From: Botryllus schlosseri
Lineage: Eukaryota
DNA length: 64,000 nucleotides
Assembly (NCBI GenBank): GCA_051294905.1
Contig: CM119373.1
Location: 3,350,001-3,414,000, forward strand
Direction of reading: 5' to 3'
This document shows, piece after piece, positions 50,311 to 62,291 of the stretch (positions are counted from its first letter, which is position 1; each line of letters opens with the position of its first letter). The position numbers and the translations under genes were made by a program. The notes beneath the pieces were generated by a model that saw only the letters and a program-made list of their open reading frames with translations, was not told where the DNA came from and did not search any database.

Positions 50311-50781
50311 GTCTAGACTCAATAGAATATCGGATCAACATTAGTGTTGTCATTATTACATCACAAAATCATGCCATTCCAAGTGCTCGTAAAACCGTTG
50401 CACAAGCGTGTATTTGATCCGACACAGCGTTCAGTAGTTCACGTTCACACATAACAAAAGCGATAGTATTCCGTGAACAGCGAACAACGTACGCTTCTTG
50501 AAGCTTGCACCATTATAGAATCGTCGGATATATTACTTGCCTGATATGATACAAAAGGCATGTTGGCGTACATATAGCATGATAACGATACATTAACAAA
50601 TAAGCTATGACAGGTTACTCCAGTTGCAATGTAACACGATAACATGCCGATTACACTGCTCGAAAAACCTTACCGGCAGCAAAATTTGACATCTTAATTT
50701 ATAAATTGATATCTCATCATCAAGAATTGCGCACAGAAAACATACCGCGCTAACCAATTAACTTCCTACATCTGATTAGAG

Positions 50782-52010
50782 CAGTGGTTCCCCAACGGTG
50801 GGGAATTCAATGGTTTCTGGTGGGGAACAGACGCATTTGTTAGAAATTATATACAGGACAGTCGACATATTCACGGAGACACATGTGCAATTACCGCTAC
50901 CAGTTACCTGCTCTGATGTATCGAAAATTATATTGTGTGTTGTTCACAAAACCTCATTTTTGACACTGGATGGCCAATTATGGCGTCACAAACACATCCA
51001 GCACGACTAATTTGACGTGAAATAACGCTTTCGCGAAATTATGAGCGTTACTAATACTGGTATCGGTTCACAATTCGTTTTATGTTGCAGTTATAGGCGA
51101 TTTTCTTGCGTACTGGTGTGGTTGTGTGTCTTGTGTAGTCAAACCAGCAAATAGCTGTTCTGTGACGACAAAAGAGCTGGGTAGTGGGGAACAGAACCGT
51201 AACTGCCGCACCCCGAACCCCCCAATTGGGGGGGGGGCAAGCTCGAAGGGGCCCAAAATTATTTCGTGAATTACCATAAATTAAAGTATTTTTTTTAAAT
51301 TTATGCCACTTTTTCGAAAAATTTTCGCGCTGTGTGCGCGATTTAAGATTGCCAAATATCTGATTATTGGGTATACCCTTCCGCCACGAAACTACGTAGA
51401 ATTTATAGAAATGGAAGACTTCGGCGTCGGCCGTTACTGCGCCACGACGCACCAAGGCATATGAAGTTAGGAAAAATAATTTGCCAGTGAAGCAATACCA
51501 ATTTGAAATCGCGTGTGCCTTTTAGTTTTGGCAATTCCATATCTTTTGACATAACAGATATAGGAGGCCACGAAATAGCATAATGTAACGAAGTCAATAT
51601 ACCAACGGGTCCACCCGAAGATGTTCAATTTTTATTTAGGGGTCCTACCTTTTCCAACACAACTCCCTCAGCTCTACCGGTAAATCTGATTACGTGAGCT
51701 AGGGGGGATGAAAAATTGATAGCTAAATATATGAAATTCCCGATCATATTGTCCGATTCAAACTCGAATTATATAAATTTTTCGCCCTTCGCGCGTTTAG
51801 TCGTAGTAAGGCGACGCGCTGAACAGTAGACCCAATGCAGCTGATAAGTTGCAGAGAAAAGCGTACTGAGCGGTGCTGAGGGGATTCCGGGGGCCCAAGA
51901 CCAACGTTTTTTTGGCGGGGCTGACAAAGAGCCCTACGGTCTTGGTGGGGAATGAACGCTCGGAATAATTCTGAAGTGGGGAATGATGACAAAAAGGTTG
52001 GGAACCACTG
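50782..52010. mobile_element. hAT Charlie-type non-autonomous element
   Basis: CAGTGGTTCCC / GGGAACCACTG. TSD GATTAGAG/GATTAGAA. Confidence 0.85.
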
Positions 52011-52286
52011 GATTAGAACGTAACTTTTCCCTATGCTCAAGCGGCGGAGAATGCATCTTGGCGACTGCCTTCCCAAACTGCCGAAGCGGAACGATCGCTA
52101 GTGTCTACACCAGTGGTTCTCAACCGCCGGTCCGCGGACCGGTGCCGGTCCGCGACGACTTTCCTACCGGTCCGCCAGGCATTTTACAGTTTTATACTTT
52201 AATTTCCAGATGCGATACGGTGAAGGCTTGTCCATCGATGAAATAAATAAAACATTAAAAGTTTAACTGATTGAGAACTTCGTGAG

Positions 52287-53765
52287 CAATGTTCCCTCTA
52301 ATTCTTCATGAGTCTGCGCAAATACGCCAACTCACTGCGCAGGCCCTTGGACAACAGTGCGCAACCAGCCCCCCCCCCATAAGGTGATAAACCGAACTTC
52401 TGGGGGGCTTCGCCCCCCAGACCCCCCTCAGTCTACACGCTCTTCACCGCTACTAATCATCTATATCTGGTCTTCCTTTGGTGGTCGTTTCGACTAAACG
52501 CGCGGGGCGCGAAAATTTTCTATAATTCATGATCAAATCGGTCAATTTCATCAGGAATTGCATATATTGCTATCAATTTTAATCCTGTCTCTGCTCACGT
52601 AATCACATTTACAGGTAAAGCTGATCGAGTGAGATGTGTTGGAAAAGGTATGACCCCTAAATATAATTAAACATCTTCGGGCGTACCCGTTGGTATAATG
52701 ACTTCCTTACATCATGCTATTTCGTGACCTCGTATCTGCTATGCCAAAAGATATTGAAATCTGGACATAAGTCACTTTGATTCCACTATGACGATATGGT
52801 GACATACTATGGATTACTAGAAGACAGACATACACGCACGAGAACGCACTTGAAATCAATACATGCGATCGATGTACGCCTATCATGTTAAAACACTGAT
52901 GTGACGTCTTAATACCGGCAATGCACTCATTACTATCAAGACATTCAGTCAGATATAATGATACGAATATTCAAGTCTGATTGAAGCAAGAACAAGATCA
53001 GCGTATGACCTTATCGACGGAAGATACACGTTCAAACGAATCGAATAAAATCACAAATTTGTGCTGCTGTGTAGCTGATCTAATGCAACGCCCTACAGTG
53101 CATATAGTTGCTGCATTTCCCGATCAGCGTTTGCAAAGGGATGGATTTTTTCAACAATATTGGTACTTGTACTTGCATATTCTGCATATTATCCTATATC
53201 ACCATACGTGATCAGATTCGCCTGATGGAAGTGATGACTTCGAAAATTCGCGGCATGCAATTGTACAGTAAATCTTACACAATATTCATGACACGCGGAG
53301 AAGACTATTCGTTATTTTCTCGCAGTTAACTTCTAGCTGACCCATTGTTATTTATAATTTTGTTAAACCATGTTATTTCGCCATTCCCACAAGGGATTGC
53401 GCTATTGATATGATATCAGTATCGCTCACGCGTACGATACCATAGTAAAAGAAAAATCTCTTTCGTGAGTCGCACACGATTGCAAATTCTCGTTGCTTCG
53501 CGGAGCGCAATATTTGCCTTTTCGGGCCGCACTTGTGGGCCTACCTCAGTTTCAGACTTCAACAATAGCACTATTTACCCCTGGCAATGTTCCCTCTCAT
53601 TTTTCTCGAGTCAGAGCGCCTGCGCGGTGCCTTGGACAAGAGTGCGTAACGATTAAAAAAAAAGTCATCACTTCGGATTTTTTGTGCGCAGCCTAGATTT
53701 TCTGTGCGCAGAGACCGGTTCAGCACTGCGCATTTGCGCACGTGCGCAGCTTAGAGGGAACATTG
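52287..53765. mobile_element. Composite CAATGTTCCCTCT-family element
   Basis: TIRs at 52287 and 53765. TSD TTCGTGAG on both sides. An extra left end lies at ~53586. Confidence 0.85.
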
Positions 53766-54465
53766 TTCGTGAGGTAATATTAGGTCTAGAAACATTTGAC
53801 TTGAAGTTCAAGCCGTGTCATTTGACGACATGCGAGCGACAAGTACGAGCTGACTCGCTAAAATGCACAATTTGCACGATGATTCGTTTTCCATTCATTC
53901 ATTTTGTGCAGTAGCCTACGCCCTATCGTAACTGCCGCACCACTAACCCCCAATTGAAGGGTGACCGAAGGTATTTCGTGAATGAACATAAATTATAGAG
54001 TATTTTAGTTGGAACTTCATCCAACTTCCTTCAAATTTTTCTAACGCTTTGCCCGATTTTCGTCACTAAATACTTTGAATTTTGGGTGTCCTTCCGCCAA
54101 GAAATACGAATAATTTATTAGATTAGGCATTTTCGGCGTCAGCCATTGACGCGCCACGACGCACCAACACATGATAAAGTTTAGGAAAACATAGGGCTGG
54201 GAAAAGTGTGCCAAAAATTTGGAAGCAAGAAAACTTTGGTCAAAAAGGACTGCCCTTTGTAGACCGAAAGCCTTGGTATAGATATGGAAAATTGCCCATA
54301 GGCACTTAAATGGCTGGAGCCGAATTTCACTATCCTGGCAATCTGTACCACACAGGAAAAACGCCATCCCACAGAGCAAAATTATTTTTCAGTGAAGAAA
54401 TAGCAATTTGGAACTGTGTGCATCTTTTAGTTTAGTACGCTTTGGTGATTTCAATATCTATTCAC

Positions 54466-55111
54466 TAGGGATGGTCTGAACGTGTGGTTCACGTTCACGT
54501 TCTGTGTGCGAACCTCAGAAATTTAAAGATTCACGTTCACAAACGAACCTTCGTATAGGTTCTGCACTGTGAACCTTTTTCCTATATTACAATTTTCCAC
54601 GTCATTATAATGTCTTTGGTTGCAATTCTTTGCATTTCAACTGCGGGTAACTTTATGCATATGCCGACAGCAGAACAATGCAACGCTATATGAGCAATTG
54701 AGCATGCACCTTGACAATCTAAAAAATTCTGCTAGCTTTGTTACCAAAGTTTGCTCGAAATATCTAGTTTCCCGCTTGTGAATGTTTAGCGACTCTAGTG
54801 TGAGCTTGACCCGCAATAACACACCGAAATACGCTATACATGTAGGACGTGCATAGGTAGTCTGCGAATGATGCTTATGGGATAATATCGGTAGCAAGTG
54901 TAGAAACCCGTTTTACACTCTGCTCAATATCAATGTAGCAATTCTCAGACACCGAATATATTGTGCGGTCTGGCCTAAGCGTTGATGCGTAAGCTTTTAT
55001 TCTCTTGCAAGTCATCGTCGAAAATTATCAAAATGACGTCACGTGAAGTCATGAATTTCACGTTCGCGTTCACACAGAACCTGAACATTTCAGAGGTTCA
55101 CACCATCCCTA
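54466..55111. mobile_element. hAT-type MITE with GTTCAC repeats
   Basis: TAGGGATGGT / ACCATCCCTA. TSD CTATTCAC on both sides. Confidence 0.88.
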
Positions 55112-56057
55112 CTATTCACTATATAACAGACAGTAGGTCATTAATTAATGACATGTAACGAAGTAAGTATTGCAAGAGTCCCATCCGAATATGTTTAATT
55201 TGATTACATGCCCTAAATTTTCCAAGACGACATCTCACCCAGCTCTACCGGAAAATCTGATAATTCTGAGAGGATAAAAAATAGCAATATATAGGCAATT
55301 ACCAATATTATTGACTGTGTTTCGGTCATGAATTATATAAAATTCCCACGCTTCCCGCGATTAAGCTGCGCAAAGTCTCTACCTGCACTGGTTAGAATGG
55401 ATGTGCTCACAAGTATTGGTGAAAGCATCCATCCAGCTGTGTGGGGGGGGGGGGCAAGACCAACGTTTTTCGGGAGGTTGACTAACGACGAGCCTTTTCG
55501 GCACTGGTTTTGTGTATGGTCATTAGCCAGGTATAGCTGTTGCCAGGTGTTTTCGTGCTGCGCATTGTATCCGTATATACAGAGTAGCAGCCTACGTCTG
55601 GTGGTAGTGGGCAATGAACATTCAGCAAGGTAGCACGACAAGGTGCTTGATTCGACTCCGAAACACTTCTTCTCTCGATATTGTCGAAGAGAAGAATATT
55701 ATTCGAGTTGGCGTGGTCGTTTAAATCCACGGCATACGGCGCGAAAGACTGTAAACGACTCTCGGCGGTAGCACGTTTATCTGGGAAAGGCAATTTTACC
55801 CCGACTCAGCAGACTCACTACTTTAAAGTCACAAGGACGCCATCATGAACATAATTAATTACGATCAAAGCCCTAAAAATGTCACTCTCTTGCCATATAT
55901 ACTTGCAAAAACCGGATGCATACTTTACATTTTGGGTTGATTTCAATTTCTGAAATTCACCGGTCCGCCAAACATTTTTTGAAATTTCACCGGTCCGCGA
56001 GGTGAAAAAGGTTGAGAATCACTGGTCTACACCACCTTAGAACACTATGCTTGCACA

Positions 56058-56314
56058 GAGAGAGAGAGATATGATATTCTTTTTCGCCTGCACCATCGAG
56101 ATGCTTTGACGACGCAGTTGCGATACGGCCCCATGAGGTCATCTAGTCTGCGCCCCCGTTTTTTTTTCTCCTCCATGCTATCCGTGATTGCTGAGCGCCT
56201 AGCGGGATAGCTGCGGATACCAATTTTCGAGTCTTTGGTATGACCCGGCCGGGGATCGAACCCACGACCTACCGCTCGAGAAGCCGGACGCATAACCATT
56301 ACACTATCTCGCTC
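56058..56314 (-). mobile_element. tRNA-derived SINE, second copy
   Basis: Nearly identical to 21231-21495. Flanked by a GCACAGA direct repeat. Confidence 0.9.
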
Positions 56315-56929
56315 GCACAGATCACGATAAAATGTATAAAACACCAAAGTATGGAAGTATGGAAATGTCGTTCCATACCATAGATTCAAATCTTCCATTC
56401 CATACCATACCTCCATTGTTCCATATTCCATACCAAAATATCGATCCATACCATACCATGCCCTGGTTCTTAGATAGGTTCGCCGCATGTGGGTGGTAGA
56501 GGTGTACAATATCTCGAATCCTTTTGTTCCTCAACAAATGTATAACGCAAAAAGTGGTTCGACTTTTATAGAATGTGAAAAAGTGTATTCTGATTCCCGA
56601 TGTTGTGAGGCGGATTTTCGCGAGGCGACTTGTATTTATAGAAAGTGTCTGGAGGCTAAGGAATTATAGCGCGCTATGAAAACAGCTCCATCGCGGCATC
56701 CTGTTTTATTGTTACTGCATCAGAGCGCAGTCACTTTTCGTTAACTTATCTTGTCGTGTAATACTAGCGTTCTTGATCATATACGGGGAATTGATCATGA
56801 AATTTCAGATAAGTATCAATATTTTTCGAAACACGGAGATTCGAGGCAGGTAGCGGTACTTCACCGAGAACAAAAAATGCTTTCTGAAGAAGTTCAATGC
56901 CCAGTTCAATGCATGCATATTTTCTGTAC

Positions 56930-57877
56930 GATTACCAGTGAACCCGTCCCTCGGTGAACCCGTCCCTCGGTGAACCCGGCCCTCGGGAAATTTTGTATTC
57001 ACCGGCAACCCGGCCTAATATCCCACCTCCGGCAACCCTAATATCCTACCCCCACCCCTAATATCCCACCTCCGGCAACCCTAATATCCCACCTCCGGCA
57101 ACCCTAATATCCCACCCCCGGCAACCCTAATATCCCACCCCCGGCAACCCTAATATTCCACCTCCGGCAACCCTTATATCCCACCCCCGGCAACCCTAAT
57201 ATCCCACCCCCGGCAACCCATTTATCCCACCCCCGGCAACCCTAATATCCCACCTCCGGCAACCCTAATATCCTAACCCTAACCCTAATATCCCCCTCCC
57301 CTAACCCTAATATCCCACCTCCGGCAACCCTAATATCCTAACCCTAACCCTAATATCCCACCTCCCCCAACCCTAGTATCCTACCCGAACCCAATGTCCC
57401 ACTCCCCGAACCCTAATGTCTCCCTCCCCCCTACCCTACCCAACCCTAACACCCCACCTCAACCTACAGTTGCAATAACGAGCAGACCACGCGTGGTTGA
57501 TATGTGAGCAATAAGAATCGTTAGGATATATTTTTCATCTGAACAAGTCACACACAATATACAATGCGATAAGACCCAATGCGATGTCATGAACAGATAC
57601 GAGGATGTCGAACGTCGCACGTCCGCCCCTCGCCAAGTCAATTCAACAATGAGCCGACCACGCAATCGTGATCACGTGATCTACGCATGCCCTGACCACC
57701 TTACAAGATCGACAAATCAGTTGATAATAACATTATTAGTTTAATAATTCATATTAATACTTGTTAATACACTTAATTTCAAAATTTCCCGAGGGCGGAA
57801 TTCACCGAGGGCCGAGTTCATCGAGGGCCGGGTTCACCGAGGGACGGGTTCACCGAGGGACGGGTTCACTGGCAACC
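56930..57877. mobile_element. Non-autonomous foldback/MULE-like element with 16-bp subterminal repeats and an internal 23-bp telomere-like minisatellite
   Basis: GATTACCAGTGAACCCGTCCCTCG.. / ..CGAGGGACGGGTTCACTGGCAACC. TSD TTCTGTAC at 56922-56929 and 57878-57885. Unit CCGGCAACCCTAATATCCCACCY tandemly repeated over ~57002-57360. Confidence 0.88.
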
Positions 57878-58341
57878 TTCTGTACCACCACCACTGCCGT
57901 GTGTTATGTATTTTGGTTTGATGAAAATAAAGACTCTCTCTCTCTTAGTTAGTTTTTAAGACGGAGCAAGAGGAACTGGAACTGTATATCGTGCGAAACG
58001 AGCCAGGCCCGTTGTACAGATATTCACCATTATTGTGCTTATGAGAATTTGATGTGAGCTGAACCTGATTTTTGTTGCATTTCTTTCTGATTCATTTTTT
58101 TGGGAATTTCCAAGTTAATACGTAGGCTATCCAGTAATTCTAATCTAATTTGGAAAAGGTATCGGTGACTAATTAACAAACCATTATGTCTTTGCATCGT
58201 ATTGCTATCGTTTGGTTCAGGTACGGTATGACAATTTTAATCTGAAATTTTGTCGACCCGCAAGTGAAATAGTTTGAGAAACACTGTTGTAGGCCTACTG
58301 CTTTTGCCATTGACATATTACATTGAAAATACACACTAAAC

Positions 58342-59441
58342 CAGGGGTGGGCAAACTTTTAAGCTCGCGGGCCGCATTCAACATCTGAATCCATTCGCGG
58401 GCCGCACTATATAAAATTGGGATTATAAGCCAAAACGAAATATTGATATTTGAATATATAGTGAGGACATGGAGATAATATATGTGCTTATTTAAAACAA
58501 GCCAAACATTGCTTTGACGCACACGCGTCAGAAACACATAGTGGCGAGATGGGCTGGCGGATTTCAATAATCAATTTGTCAAAACTACAGAGATGAAAGT
58601 CGGTCGGCCCGATTTTTAGAACAGGATTGAAATTTAAATCTGTGAGCAGCGATCTGTTCATAGATTTACTAATTCCACTTTTGGTTTCGTTCCAGGACAC
58701 ACAATGCTGACAGAATCATAACCATGTTAGCTTCAAAGACGCTTCTACTATGTGTAGAATGTAGATAAATACCCCCATTCTACGCATACAGACAACGAAT
58801 CTACCTAAGACACGCCCGAATCGTTTTTTATAAGCACATCACTGAAAATATTAAAAATGGAGTGGCCAATCTGAAATCCCACTGATGATCCAAATTATGT
58901 CAATATCGTTACAGCTATCCCGCTGTGATATTAAGTATTTACCTTAGATCAGTGGTTCTCAAATTTTTTAAGACACGCCCCCTCCTTATGATGGTCAATG
59001 ATTTCGCGCCCCCTTATCGTCATATCACAAAACCCAACCAGGATGCTAGCAAATCTAACAGGTAGTTTGATGGCATGGAAGGTTACGACTGTGGCTGAGA
59101 GATTTTAAAATATGTAATTCAGACTAAAGACAGAGCAATAACTAAGAATTGGATGTAAATCGCGCGAAGCGCGAATAATTTTTTCAGTTGAGCTCAGATT
59201 CGCGGCCCTATCCGGTTGCTTTCACGCCCCACGGGGGGCGTGCCCACCAGTTTGAGAACCAATGTCTTCGAATTATCATGGTGAAATTTACTAAGAAAGA
59301 TTTAATCAAGTCCCTGCATTAATTCGATTTTTTGTACGCATTTTATCAATATTTAAAAAAGTTTCTTTAGACTCTCGCGGGCCGCACAGAACGTTGTTGC
59401 GGGCCGCATGCGGCCCGCGGGCCGTAGTTTGCCCACCCCTG
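58342..59441. mobile_element. hAT Charlie-type element with a nested MITE (58950-59264)
   Basis: CAGGGGTGGGCAAAC / GTTTGCCCACCCCTG. TSD CACTAAAC on both sides. GCGGGCCGCA subterminal repeats. Confidence 0.9.
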
Positions 59442-60389
59442 CACTAAACGATAGTGAAATTACTTTCTGATATCATGATGCAATACCAGCTTGTTATGGT
59501 AATTTGACTGTGAACTGGATATATCGTCGCTGGACAACCAAATAGTCTTATGTCCATTTCTGGAATTTTTGTCTTTATTATAATTTGGACGTAAACCACA
59601 ATTTTGTTTTTAATTTACCTTGAAAATGCAAGTTCATATGTCCACTTCACTAGAAATTCATATCCTACTTAGGAACTTGGAATCCGGTTAAAACGAAAGA
59701 TAGCCTATCTATATATGTCGAAGTATGACAAAAAACTTCCAAAATACGAAAAGTAGACATAAGACTGTTTGGTTTTCCATAGGTCTATCTAATCCGTCCA
59801 AATATTTGTTTTCGCTATCTGTAATGTAGAAAAGTTGGTGGTTTATGGGGAGTAATAGCAATAAAATGATAATTTATATTCATCTGATTGAATATTTCAA
59901 CAATTTTCTGAACAGCAGAGAATTGAAATGTCGGGAAATTTAACTTGTCAGTTGAAAATGTACCCCGACAGTCTCACAAATATAATGAGGTATCAGTATC
60001 ACTATATCCAAAATCCAGTAAATTGATATTGGCAATGCAATAAGCGAAATGTATTACTTTTAGTTTCAGCTAGTGGGAGAATTGGCATTATTCGTTAATT
60101 GATCGCAATGTAAATCTTGATTCTAAAGTGGTGAGAGTGAGTCGAAGGCTAAAGCTATTAACTAGTCATACGAATGCGAAATCCATTGTAATTCATGTTT
60201 GAAAACGATGATTCACAGCTATAAGTAGACACAGATTAACGATAATGGATTTGGTTAGTAGGCCTCAATACTGAATCAGATATGGTTCTGTTTCGGCACT
60301 GAAGTTCAGTAGCCCTTTGACCCTACTAAGTGATGTGTTCTATATTCTATATAGTGGGTTTGGTAGCTGTGTAACCTTGAAATCTGAAT

Positions 60390-61406
60390 ATGGCTGCCAG
60401 CCATAATGTCAATCGACGGGCGTATACCCACCAAAACGGAGTACCAATGAGAAATCGTAACGGGACTACCAAGTACGCAGTCACAGACGCCGGAATACGA
60501 GCTCCATCTCATGTCTCGGCCGCAATCTCATCAGAAATGGTTGAACGCAAATTACGTGATCTAACCTTAGAAGTCGAAAAAGAGTTGAGCTCACCAGGCG
60601 GGTCTGAAGCTTATTTTGGACGCTGCGCCAAATGCGCGCAACCTGTGTACGGGCACTCTTCTGCGTGCCAAGCTATGGGGAAAATATACCACAACACGTG
60701 TTTTGTGTGTGGATGCTGTAGCCGGACTCTACGCGGTAAAGCGTTCTACAACGTAAACGGAAAGATATTCTGCGAAGAGGATTACTTGTATTCTGGATTT
60801 CAGCAAAGCGCCAAAAAATGCCAAGCCTGCGGACATCCCATCATGGAAATGATACTGCACGCTTTAGGGAAACCTTACCACCCTGGCTGTTTTCGGTGCT
60901 GCGTATGCAACAAATGCCTCGACGGTATACCTTTCACCGTCGACGTTGAGAATAAGATATACTGCGTTGAAGACTATAACAAGCTACAAAACATTTACGC
61001 GCCAAAATGCGCAAAGTGTCAACGGTCTATTACGTCTGTAAATGGACGTAAAGAAACTGTAAAAGTAGTGTCAATGGGTGAAAATTTCCATTTGGATTGT
61101 TTCGTGTGCGAAAGTTGCGGGATTCAACTCAACGACGCCAGCAAGCCGAGGTATTTCATGCTAAACGGCAGGCTTCTTTGTCACATGTGCAGGGAGACGC
61201 CTTCTCACCATCAAAGGACCGCTGCTCATCGTTATTCTTTGCAGAATTTTCCTTCCCGTACGTCGTATAGTAGCACGGGATCTTCAAACAGTTCGAACGG
61301 GAATCCGAACCCTGTGCGGATTCGGTCGCTGGATATAGACAGGCATCACCAGCCGCATAATTCTCGCGCGCCTAGAGTGAAGTCTTGGCACCCAACACCG
61401 CAATAA
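60390..61406 (+). CDS. WTIP: Ajuba/LIMD1/WTIP-family three-LIM-domain protein, single-exon CDS
   Basis: ERKLRDLTLEVEKEL helix, then three LIM domains including ACQAMGKIYHNTCF.C..C.RTLRGKAFYNVNGKIFCEEDYLYSGFQQSA. Likely co-orthologous to AJUBA/LIMD1/WTIP. Confidence 0.88.
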   Translation: MAASHNVNRRAYTHQNGVPMRNRNGTTKYAVTDAGIRAPSHVSAAISSEMVERKLRDLTLEVEKELSSPGGSEAYFGRCAKCAQPVYGHSSACQAMGKIYHNTCFVCGCCSRTLRGKAFYNVNGKIFCEEDYLYSGFQQSAKKCQACGHPIMEMILHALGKPYHPGCFRCCVCNKCLDGIPFTVDVENKIYCVEDYNKLQNIYAPKCAKCQRSITSVNGRKETVKVVSMGENFHLDCFVCESCGIQLNDASKPRYFMLNGRLLCHMCRETPSHHQRTAAHRYSLQNFPSRTSYSSTGSSNSSNGNPNPVRIRSLDIDRHHQPHNSRAPRVKSWHPTPQ

Positions 61407-61664
61407 GGGGCTGGGATTGTTATTTATAGGGCTGGGCGAAATCGAGTAATAGTGATTCGAATGTCACTAAAACGTCACGACAGTATAAATGAAGTGAAAA
61501 GTTCAAATATGTACCATTCATGTGAGACAAAGTATTCTTCAAAGATTCTACGATCTATTGTCGACCGTACCTATTTCATTGAACTTTGTGACAATGCAGG
61601 TGGGCTGATTTCACAGATACATGTCATTTCCGCTAATGTGCCTAACTTTGTGCCACATGTACAG

Positions 61665-62291
61665 AATGGCTGTTCGAAAACAATTTTTTCTGTCAAATTT
61701 CACTAGCTACGTGATGGAATTATTATGTTGGCTAAAACAACGCTGCACACCAAATTTGGATTAATTCCAACCAGTAGAAGCGAGATTCTTGTAGTAGAAA
61801 ATTTGAATTTATCATATAAAAAATGAAACTTCAAATTTTTTCTGTCCACCCCATAAAATTGCTAGGCTGTCAGTAGAGATGATGTTCACCAAATGCGGCT
61901 CAATTCTGAGCACTAGAAGCGAAGTTATTGCAGTAGCAAAATTTCTAATTCCATGATTTTATAATGAATAATTGAAGAGTTAGCCACCGTAAATACTATT
62001 TTATTCAAATTAAAAAAAATTTACTGCAATAACTCTGCTTCTCCTGGTTGGAATTGAGCAAAATTGGGTGTGCAATGTGCATCATCTCTACCGACGGCCT
62101 AACAATTTTATGGGGTCGGCATATAAAATTTGAAATTTTATTTTTGATATGAGAATTTTAAAATTTGTACTGCAAGAATCTCGCTTCTACTGGTTGGATT
62201 TGAGCCAAATTTGGTGTGCAGTGTTGTTTTAGCCTACATAATAATTTTATCACGTAGCCAGTAGAATTTGAAAGAAAAAAGAACTGCCCTA
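61665..62291. mobile_element. Diverged palindromic TAGGGCT-family MITE nested in a TAGGGCTGGGC MITE (61427-62503)
   Basis: Long inverted arms similar to 36465-37131. TSD ATGTACAG/ACGTACAG. Confidence 0.8.

Larger units (their letters stand above)
52111..56024. mobile_element. hAT Charlie-type element containing further nested elements
   Basis: CAGTGGTTCTCAACC / GGTTGAGAATCACTG. CCGGTCCGC subterminal repeats at both ends. TSD GTCTACAC on both sides. Confidence 0.88.
47529..56465. mobile_element. hAT-type MITE (CCATA-repeat family) expanded to ~8.9 kb by nested insertions
   Basis: TIR CAGGGCATGGTATGGTATGG / CCATACCATACCATGCCCTG. TSD GTTCTTAG at 47521-47528 and 56466-56473. Confidence 0.85.

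Noticed and set aside
57002..57360. Regular 23-bp repeats as a CRISPR array
   Set aside because: The units are directly tandem with no unique spacers, there are no cas genes, the context is eukaryotic, and the array lies inside a TIR/TSD-bounded element.
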